From the NCBI GenBank assembly GCA_027623585.1, contig JAQBVK010000001.1:1-32585 (forward strand): a stretch of 32,585 nucleotides of DNA, written 5' to 3'. A program made the translations under genes and the position numbers. The notes under the pieces are model-generated. The model was not told the DNA's origin and ran no database searches. It was given only the letters and a program-made list of their open reading frames with translations. This document shows positions 22,717-32,585 of this stretch, in pieces. Origin of the DNA: Planctomycetota bacterium (GTDB taxonomy: Bacteria > Planctomycetota > UBA1135). Numbering within the stretch: position 1 is the first letter of the stretch; every line of letters begins with the position of its first letter.

Positions 22717-23724
22717 CTACTGCGCTCCCTTGGACTTGATCAGTGCGATCAGCCAGTCCACTTTCTGGTCACTGAGTGCCTGGGCGAAGTTTGAGGGCAT
22801 GAGGTTGGGAGCGAATCCAGCCGCCAACTTGACATTCGGAGTCAGGATCGACTCGCGAATGTAGTTTTCGTCGTAGGTCACGGTGCTGCCGTCGGCGAGC
22901 TGCTTCTGCGTACCAAACATTCCGCCAAAAGTCGGGCCGGTGGCTGCCGATCCGTCCAGCGTGTGGCAAGCCACGCAGCCGTTGGCGCCGTAGGTTTTCA
23001 GGCCCGCCACTTCCGGAGGCAGCGCGCCCCAGTCGGATTCCTTGGCGAGCCAGGCGTCGAACTCGGCATCCGGCATGACGGTCACGCGCGCATCCATCTG
23101 CGAATGCTGCTGGCCGCAGTATTCGGTGCAGTACAACGGGAACACTCCCGGCTCAATCGCGCGGAACCACAGCCAGTTGTAGCGACCGGGCACCACGTCC
23201 AACTTCACGCGGAAGGCGGGAATGAATACCGAGTGCAGCACGTCGGGCGAACTCAGGCGCAAGCGTACGTTGCGATCGGCCGGTACGGTGAGGTGCTGGG
23301 ACTGGTATCCGTTCGGGTAGGTGAAGGTCCACGACCACTTTGCAGCATTGACGTGGATCTCGTAAGCGTCGTTCGGAATCTCTCGACGATCTTCATAGTC
23401 CTTGAAGCCGTACCAGAACATCGCCACCAGAAAAAAGGTCGGCACCACCGACCACACGATTTCGAGCGTGGTGCTGTGGTGCGGCGAATCCTGCGGGATC
23501 AAACCAACTTTGGAGCGGCGGTACCGGAACGCGAACCACAAGGTGGCCACGCACACGCCGATCAGGACCACCAAGCAGGTCCAGAAAATGAAGTAGAACA
23601 CCCAGTCGCTGGTTCCCGCGTTGTGCGAGGCGTTGGGCGGGAACATGCCGAGCGGGTCGTACGGCGGCGCGGACTGCGGCTGCTGTAGGACGGCCAAGGC
23701 TGAGGCAAGGAGCGGCATCATCAT
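22717..23724 (-). CDS. ctaC: Cytochrome c oxidase subunit II with C-terminal fused cytochrome c domain (caa3 type)
   Basis: CuA motifs DVLHSVFIPAF and YCTEYCGQQHSQM. C-terminal heme site GCVACH. ATG at 23724 overlaps the SCO1 stop (ATGA). The upstream ORF extension to 23832 was rejected. Confidence 0.9.
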   Translation of the reverse strand: MMMPLLASALAVLQQPQSAPPYDPLGMFPPNASHNAGTSDWVFYFIFWTCLVVLIGVCVATLWFAFRYRRSKVGLIPQDSPHHSTTLEIVWSVVPTFFLVAMFWYGFKDYEDRREIPNDAYEIHVNAAKWSWTFTYPNGYQSQHLTVPADRNVRLRLSSPDVLHSVFIPAFRVKLDVVPGRYNWLWFRAIEPGVFPLYCTEYCGQQHSQMDARVTVMPDAEFDAWLAKESDWGALPPEVAGLKTYGANGCVACHTLDGSAATGPTFGGMFGTQKQLADGSTVTYDENYIRESILTPNVKLAAGFAPNLMPSNFAQALSDQKVDWLIALIKSKGAQ

Positions 23725-24551
23725 GCTGCTGCGCGAATGTGGTTCTGGGGCTTCACGTGGCGGTGCAACCACCACAAAAAAGCGATGGTGGACAGGGCCA
23801 AGCCACTCAAGACGATGCGGATGACCGTCCATGCCCTGAGTGTGTAGGAGTTGCTGTTCGGGTCGAACACGTAACAGGACAGCAGAATTCGGTCCATCGT
23901 GCTGACGAATTCGCCGGCGGCGGTTTCCGCCAGCGACAGCCGCAATACTTGCGGCTCGAAATTGATGCCGTACAGATAGCGCGCGACCTTCCCCTGCGGG
24001 GAGATCAGCACCATCGCTGCGTAGTGCGCGTACTCCTCGCGCTCTTCGTCGTACTTGTAGGAGTAGCCGACCGCGTCGGCGAGCGCGCGCACGCTGCGCT
24101 CGTCTCCGCGCAAGAAGGACCAGCCGGCGCTTGCCGCCGCGGTGTCTCCGGCGCGGTATTGGCCGAGCACGCGCTCGCGAAACAACGCGGCGTGCGCGTC
24201 GTCTTCGGTCGGGTCGAGACCGACGGTGACGATGCGGAACTGTTCACCGACAGTCCACTCTGTTTCTAGGTTCAAGCCGTCCACAAAGCCGCCGAGTTGC
24301 ACCGCGCACAGTTGCGGGCAGTTCTCGTAGTTGAAGCTGAGCACCACCGGGCGCTTGCCGTCGAAGAGTTCGCCGAAGCGCACCGGCGCGCCGGTGGGGT
24401 CTCGGAACACCAAGTCGGCCGGGACTTGAGCCTCCAGCTTCTCGACCACGTCCACTCCATCCAATTGCTTCAACTCCACGCCGGCGCGCGGCCCGGAAAA
24501 TTCGGGCGGTGCGCCTTGCGGCAGGGCGGCAATGAGGATCAAGGCGAACAT
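23721..24551 (-). CDS. SCO1/SenC family copper chaperone / thiol-disulfide protein
   Basis: Thioredoxin-like VVLSFNYENCPQLC (CxxxC) with a downstream conserved His (EEYAHYAAMVLISPQGKV). A C-terminal TM is present. The gene sits between ACIII and oxidase genes. Confidence 0.85.
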   Translation of the reverse strand: MFALILIAALPQGAPPEFSGPRAGVELKQLDGVDVVEKLEAQVPADLVFRDPTGAPVRFGELFDGKRPVVLSFNYENCPQLCAVQLGGFVDGLNLETEWTVGEQFRIVTVGLDPTEDDAHAALFRERVLGQYRAGDTAAASAGWSFLRGDERSVRALADAVGYSYKYDEEREEYAHYAAMVLISPQGKVARYLYGINFEPQVLRLSLAETAAGEFVSTMDRILLSCYVFDPNSNSYTLRAWTVIRIVLSGLALSTIAFLWWLHRHVKPQNHIRAAA

Positions 24552-24555
24552 GGTG

Positions 24556-24813
24556 CTAGCGGTAGCGCTCCGCGATCTGCGCCTTGGCCTGGTCGATGGT
24601 GACGGCGCCGCTCTGCAGCGTCGCGAGTTCGGCCGCGCGCGCCTCGTGCATGCGCTCGATCGCGGGTTGAATGTTGCGGTTGACTTCGTCCGTCTTCCGG
24701 TACTCCCAATAGATCCCCGCGGCGTAGTACGACCCGGCGATCACCAGCGCGGCGCCGGCCAGACCGATCGTGCTCAGCAAGCCTGTGTCGATGTTGTCGT
24801 GTTCTACTGCCAT
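24556..24813 (-). CDS. 85-aa single-TM protein between actF and SCO1 (possible accessory ACIII/oxidase subunit)
   Basis: MAVEHDNIDTGLLSTIGLAGAALVIAGSYYAAGIYWEY, then an amphipathic helical tail. Tightly packed in the operon, with gaps of 15 nt and 4 nt. No family recognised. Confidence 0.55.
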   Translation of the reverse strand: MAVEHDNIDTGLLSTIGLAGAALVIAGSYYAAGIYWEYRKTDEVNRNIQPAIERMHEARAAELATLQSGAVTIDQAKAQIAERYR

Positions 24814-24828
24814 GAATCAGTTTCTCGA

Positions 24829-26127
24829 TTAGACGTTCTTGAATTGGAGGCAGCGACCAAGCAGCGGGTCGCCGATCGGAACCAGGGCTTGCCTGTCGAG
24901 CTTGCGCGCGACCGCCCACACCAGCATGCCAGCCATGCCAATCAGCAAGGCGAAGTCCATCGGCCCCACCGGATTGTCCGTGGCCGTCTTGCTGAACTGC
25001 ATGTTGGGCATCGTGATCCAGTAGATGTCTACCCAGTGCATGATCAGCATGTAGCCGGCCCAGAAGGTGAGCGCCTGCTTGTGCCGCTTGACGTGGCGCG
25101 ACATCAGCGCGATGAACGGCAGCATGAAGTGCCCGAACATCACCAGCCAGGACCACTCCTCCCACGCCGGCGAAAGGCGATTCTGGAACCAGTGCGTCTC
25201 TTCGGGCATGTTCGCGTACCAGATGATCATGAACTGGCTGAACGCGGTGTAGGCCCAGAAGCAGATGAAGGCGAACATCATCTTGCCGAGGTCGTGGTAG
25301 TGCTCGGTGTTCACCACCTGAGTCATGCGGCCCTTCGACTGCAGGTACCTCGCCATCAAGATCAGCCACGCGAAGGACGACATGAACGCCCCCGCGAAGA
25401 TGTTCACTCCGAACATGGTGCTGAACCACGTTTCATCCAACGACATCAGCAGGTCGAAGGAAGCGAAGGTGATCGTCAACGCAAAGATGATCACGGCCGG
25501 CGCGCTCCACTTGCGCATGCGCCGGGTTGGCTCGAAACCCTGCGTGGCGTCCTGCTGCACCGAGCGCTGCAGGTAATAGCGCGACAACCTCCACCACACC
25601 AAGCTGTAGATCGCGAAACGGATCAGCAGGAAGGTGACGTTGAGGTAGGGCAGCTTGTGCGCGCCGAGCTCATGGTGCTCATCCTGCGCGAGTTGATCAC
25701 CCAGACTCGGAGCCTGGGCGGCGGCATCAGCGACGTGCTCAATCTCGTGACCGCCCGCCCAACGCCACACCGTGACGTCGTGCGAGAGCAGCGGGTAGAG
25801 CAGCGGCAACCCGAGCAAGCACAACACCGGCAACGCCGATTGCGTGACTTCCGCAAGCCGCCGCACGCTGACGCTCCAGTGCGCGCCGACCAGATGCATG
25901 ATCACCGTGAACAGCATCGAGCCGAGGCCGATCGTCAGCGCCCAGAAGAAGGCCGCGAGGTAGGCGTACCAGAATTGAGTGCGCGATTCTTCGTCGCCCT
26001 TCACCAGGTAGGACCAAACGGCGCCGAAAACGAGGCCGAGCACGCCGACGATCAGGCCGATGCGCGCCGTGCGCGGGGCGAGATCGCCCGCTTGGCAATC
26101 GGCAAGGACTTGGGTCTTGTCGCTCAT
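24829..26127 (-). CDS. actF: Alternative complex III subunit ActF (NrfD-like membrane subunit 2)
   Basis: A 432-aa polytopic protein in the ActF position after ActD/E. It resembles quinol:cytochrome c oxidoreductase membrane subunits (WYAYLAAFFWALTIGLGSMLF..., MIIWYANMPEE). Confidence 0.8.
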   Translation of the reverse strand: MSDKTQVLADCQAGDLAPRTARIGLIVGVLGLVFGAVWSYLVKGDEESRTQFWYAYLAAFFWALTIGLGSMLFTVIMHLVGAHWSVSVRRLAEVTQSALPVLCLLGLPLLYPLLSHDVTVWRWAGGHEIEHVADAAAQAPSLGDQLAQDEHHELGAHKLPYLNVTFLLIRFAIYSLVWWRLSRYYLQRSVQQDATQGFEPTRRMRKWSAPAVIIFALTITFASFDLLMSLDETWFSTMFGVNIFAGAFMSSFAWLILMARYLQSKGRMTQVVNTEHYHDLGKMMFAFICFWAYTAFSQFMIIWYANMPEETHWFQNRLSPAWEEWSWLVMFGHFMLPFIALMSRHVKRHKQALTFWAGYMLIMHWVDIYWITMPNMQFSKTATDNPVGPMDFALLIGMAGMLVWAVARKLDRQALVPIGDPLLGRCLQFKNV

Positions 26128-26135
26128 CTTCGGCG

Positions 26136-27308
26136 CTATTGCTGGCGGCTGGCCTGCAGGGCCCGCACGTAGAGGACGATCGCCCAGCGGTCAGCCGCCG
26201 GAATCTGAGAACCGTAGCCGGGCATGGTGGTCTTGCCGACGCGAATCGTGTTGTAGATGTCACCGTCGGGGAGGCCGCGCACGCGCTCGTCGTGGAGACT
26301 AGTGGGCTGCGTCCACGTGGCCTTGCCGAGTTCGGCCAGCAGCACCGCCGCTTGATGCACCGTGCCATTGCCGCTGCCGGTGTGGTCGTGGCAGGGCGCG
26401 CAGTAGATGCCGTAGCGCTGCTCACCGCGGTCGATCAGTTCGGGCGTGACCTTCACCGACGACGGGACTTTCGCAATGAAGATCTCGCCTTGCATGCCGG
26501 TCCAGTAGGCCGTGTCTTCGCGCAGTTCGCCGCGCGCGATCGATCCTTCCACCGACGGGCGCGACATGCGGCCGTCGGCGAACACCGGTGTCTCGCCTTG
26601 CGGACGGAACTTGGCCTGGTCGTCCATGTCGGGGACCAAATTGATCGGCGGATCGCCGCTCGGCTCATGGCGAGCGTTGTAGATCATGGCCGGCGGAATC
26701 AGCGCTGCGCAGGACATCACCACGAGTGCGCGCGCAAGTCCGGTCGGCATCTTCTTGCTGCCGGCGGGCATCTCCACCGTTTCGACCGAACCGGAGTGCA
26801 GCCCGCGCAGGAAGTCAGCGGTGCGTTGCTCATCGAACTGCGGATCCCTGGCTTCGATCGCCACGAAGAAGCGATCGTTGGTGGCGCGGGCGAACCGCGG
26901 CTTGTGGTGCAGGGGATGAAACCAACGCGGCAGGTCGTTCGCGATCCACATCGCGAAGAACGCGGTGAACGCCGCGAACAGCACCATCATCTCGAAAGTC
27001 ACCGGGATCGCGGACGGCCACGAGATCAACGGCTTGCCGCTGATGTTGAACGGATAGTCCACTCCGTTCATCCAGTGCTGCATCAACTGGGCGGCGCCGA
27101 TACCGACCGCGCCCATGATCAGAATGATCCACGGCAGCCGTGTCGGGCGCACACCCATCACCTCGTCGAGGCCGTGAACCGGAACCGGCGTGTAGCAATC
27201 CCAGCGCGTGAAGCCCGCTTTACGGACCTCGGCGGCCGCGTGGAGGATTCCATCCACGCTCTCGAACTCGGCCATCACGCCCCAGGTCTTGGATTCGGTG
27301 CGACTCAT
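26136..27308 (-). CDS. actD/actE: In-frame fusion of ACIII subunits ActD (DUF3341-type membrane protein) and ActE (monoheme cytochrome c)
   Basis: ATG at 27308 with AGGAGG 7 nt upstream. ActD-like segment: WGVMAEFESVDGILHAAAEVRKAGFTRWDCYTPVPVHGLDE plus 2 TM. An internal MPTGLARALVVMSC (ATG at 26750) looks like a retained lipoprotein signal. ActE-like C-terminus: YCAPCH...MPGYGSQIPAADRWAIVLYVRALQ. Confidence 0.8.
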   Translation of the reverse strand: MSRTESKTWGVMAEFESVDGILHAAAEVRKAGFTRWDCYTPVPVHGLDEVMGVRPTRLPWIILIMGAVGIGAAQLMQHWMNGVDYPFNISGKPLISWPSAIPVTFEMMVLFAAFTAFFAMWIANDLPRWFHPLHHKPRFARATNDRFFVAIEARDPQFDEQRTADFLRGLHSGSVETVEMPAGSKKMPTGLARALVVMSCAALIPPAMIYNARHEPSGDPPINLVPDMDDQAKFRPQGETPVFADGRMSRPSVEGSIARGELREDTAYWTGMQGEIFIAKVPSSVKVTPELIDRGEQRYGIYCAPCHDHTGSGNGTVHQAAVLLAELGKATWTQPTSLHDERVRGLPDGDIYNTIRVGKTTMPGYGSQIPAADRWAIVLYVRALQASRQQ

Positions 27309-27318
27309 CGTGGGCCTC

Positions 27319-28720
27319 CTAGTGCGCGCCTCCATGCGCGTGCGGCGTCACGTTCTTGATCTCCGCAATCGCCACCTGCGGCAGGTAGCGGCAGAACAGC
27401 ATGAAGAAGGTCAGGAACAGGCCGAAGCTGCCTGCGAAGGTGAGGATGTCCACGATCGTCGGGCTGAAGTAACCCCACGACGACGGCAGGAAATCGCGGT
27501 TCAGCGAGGTGACCGTGATCACGAATCGCTCGAACCACATTCCGATGTTCACGAAGATCGAAACGATGAACACCAGGATCATGTTGCTGCGCGCCTTCTT
27601 CCACCAGAAGATCTGGGGCGAGATCACGTTGCACGAAACCATGATCCAGTAGGCCCACCAGTACGGCCCGGAGGCGCGGTTGACGAAGGTGAAGCCCTCG
27701 TAGCGGTTGCCGCTGTACCACGCCATGAAGAACTCCATCGCGTAGGCGTAGCCGACCATCATGCCCGTGGCCATGATGATTTTGCACATCAACTCGACGT
27801 GACGCTCGGTGATGATGTCCTTGAAGCCGAACAGCGCGCGCGCCGGGATCGCCAGCGAGAGCACCATCGCGAAGCCCGAGAAAATCGCGCCCGCGACGAA
27901 GTAGGGCGGGAAGATCGTGGTGTGCCAGCCGGGCAACTGCGCCACCGCGAAGTCGAAGGACACCACCGAGTGCACGGACAGCACCAGTGGCGTCGCCAGC
28001 GCGGCGAGAATCAAGTAGGTGCGCTCGTAGCGGTGCCACTGACGGTTGGAGCCGGTCCAGCCGAGTGAGAACAAGCCGTACCAGAAGCGGCGCATCTTGG
28101 TGACCGCGCGATCTCGCAGCGTCGCGAGGTCGGGCACCATGCCCATGTACCAGAACAGCAGCGACACCGAGAAATAAGTGCTGACCGCGAACACGTCCCA
28201 CAGCAGCGGGCTGCGGAAGTTCGGCCACATGTTCATCTGGTTGGGGATCGGGAACAGCCAATACACCACCCAGATACGGCCGACGTGAATCGCGGGGAAC
28301 ATCCCCGCGCAAATGACCGCGAAGATGGTCATCGCTTCGGCGAAGCGGTTGATCGCGGTTCGCCACCCCTGCCTGAACAGGAACAGGATCGCCGAGATCA
28401 GCGTGCCCGCGTGACCGATGCCGACCCAGAACACGAAGTTCACGATCGGCCAGGCCCACGCGACGGGCTGGTTGTTGCCCCACACGCCGACACCGGTTAC
28501 GACCAAGTGCACGATCATCGTCAGCAGCGTGCCCAGCAAGAGCAGGCCGCAACCGAAGATCACGTACCAGGCCTTCGGCGGACGCTTGGCTTCCGCCACG
28601 CCGCACACCGTCTCGGTGAGGTACGCGAAGTCGTCGCGCCCGCGCACCAAAGGCGGCGCGATCAGGCCTTCGAGCTCAGCCTGCTTGGTGCGCTCGGGAG
28701 AAAACATGCCGGATCCGGAA

Positions 28721-28728
<8 letters not shown>
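27319..28728 (-). CDS. actC: Alternative complex III subunit ActC (NrfD/PsrC-like quinol-interacting membrane subunit)
   Basis: A 469-aa polytopic NrfD-like protein directly after ActB. GGAGG lies 6 nt before the ATG at 28728 (alternative ATG at 28707). It overlaps the actB end by 8 nt. Confidence 0.85.
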
Positions 28729-31749
<3,021 letters not shown>

Positions 31750-31753
<4 letters not shown>

Positions 31754-32403
31754 CGGTGGCAGGTCGAGCAGTCCTGGCGGGGTGCGATGCCGTGCGCGGC
31801 GATCAATCGCTCGCCGAGCGTGCGGCGATCCTCGCTGGTGGTCCAGCCGAGGTTGAAAACTTCTTCGCGCGGGCGCAGGAACGGCGCCGGATCGCGGTGA
31901 CAATCGAGGCACCAGCCCATCGAAAGCGGCTTCACCGTTTCGACGAGATCCATCTGGTCGACGCGGCCGTGACACTCAACGCAGGACACGCCGGCCTTGA
32001 GGTGCGGCGCGTGCGAGAAGTAGGCGAACTCCGGCAGGTCGTGCACCTTCACCCACTTCAGGCTTTCGCCGCCTGCGTAAGCGTCGAACAGCGGCTTGAG
32101 CTTCGGTGAATTGAGATGAATTCGGCCACCGTGGCAATTCATGCAAGTTTCGAGCGGCGGAATGGCCGCAGCGTCGGCCGCTTCCACCGTGTTGTGGCAG
32201 TAACGGCAATCCATGCCGAGCTTGCCCGCGTGCAGCGCATGGCTGAACGGAATCGGTTGCTCAGGCGCGTAGCCAACCTGCAAAGTTTCCGCCGAGGCCC
32301 CATAAACGAACATCGCGACGATGTACGTCGGCGTCAGCACGGCGGCGATTCCGAGCAGGGGACGGAGCGTGTCCGTCCATCGGGGGAATTGGAAGAGATT
32401 CAT
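31750..32403 (-). CDS. actA: Alternative complex III subunit ActA, membrane-anchored pentaheme cytochrome c
   Basis: Five CxxCH sites: CRYCH, CMNCH, CVECH, CLDCH, CSTCH. N-terminal anchor MNLFQFPRWTDTLRPLLGIAAVL. ATG at 32403 is preferred over the ORF-track ATG at 32448. Confidence 0.85.
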
Positions 32404-32585
32404 GAAGGGTCTGTGTCGGCCGTCCAGCCAGATTGGACCCTCTCCCACTCATTCCGATGGGGGGAGCCAATCGTGATGCGGCAACAGAATAAGGACGCCC
32501 GCGCATCGGAGGAAGCGCAAATCATCGCGCGATCGAGCACCAAATCGGTTCTAAATCTCGCTGCGCGCTGCGCTTGCGTACTCTT

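Noticed and set aside
21117-22739. 540-aa plus-strand ORF antisense to oxidase subunit I
   Set aside because: A shadow ORF dominated by Arg/Glu/Asp/His. Subunit I on the minus strand is unmistakable.
24532-26172. 546-aa plus-strand ORF antisense to actF and the 85-aa gene
   Set aside because: A shadow ORF with charged low-complexity translation. The minus-strand product is a coherent polytopic membrane protein in the operon context.
32404-32585. Promoter or operator upstream of actA, or a further gene at the window edge
   Set aside because: I could not find a convincing -35/-10 pair or palindrome by eye. The 81-aa ORF at 32261-32506 overlaps actA out of frame and looks spurious. The region is left unannotated.

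Overview
This is visibly GC-rich (about two-thirds G+C by eye, not computed), tightly packed bacterial chromosomal DNA. It holds about 32 protein genes. Many are joined by 4-nt ATGA/TGATG start-stop overlaps, and several convergent pairs overlap at their 3' ends. I saw no tRNA, rRNA, CRISPR array, transposase or integrase.

The right 40% (18.9-32.4 kb, all minus strand) is one respiratory supercluster:
- alternative complex III: actA, actB, actC, an in-frame actD-actE fusion, actF
- an 85-aa single-TM protein
- an SCO1/SenC copper chaperone
- a caa3-type cytochrome c oxidase: subunit II with fused cytochrome c, then I, III, IV
- an extra subunit-III-like membrane protein, followed by an Rrf2-family regulator

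The middle holds housekeeping genes: lpdA, lipB, a small cytochrome c, eukaryote-type NADP isocitrate dehydrogenase, a DUF523-DUF1722/YbgA-like protein, DAHP synthase, a prephenate dehydrogenase-chorismate mutase fusion, and a radical-SAM protein.

Three regions are not explained by families I recognise:
1. 0.5-6.1 kb: a secreted protein with repeated Ca-binding-like loops, then a terminator, then a translationally coupled triad. The triad is a HEAT-like/vWA protein, a ComEC-type MBL hydrolase fused to a lamin-tail domain, and a small 4-TM protein. This is my best candidate for an undescribed cell-surface module.
2. 6.0-8.4 kb: a head-to-head collision of an N-terminally truncated nnrS and an N-terminally truncated ccoI/fixI ATPase that lacks its catalytic DKTGT aspartate. 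The ATPase is still coupled to an intact ccoS. This looks like a scar of a lost cbb3-oxidase maturation locus.
3. 10.8-12.9 kb: a lipoprotein, a secreted protein with an aromatic/Cys-rich C-terminal module, and a membrane-anchored CarboxypepD_reg-like protein.

All family calls come from motif recognition by eye on the supplied translations. No searches were run, and lineage cannot be assigned from this window alone.
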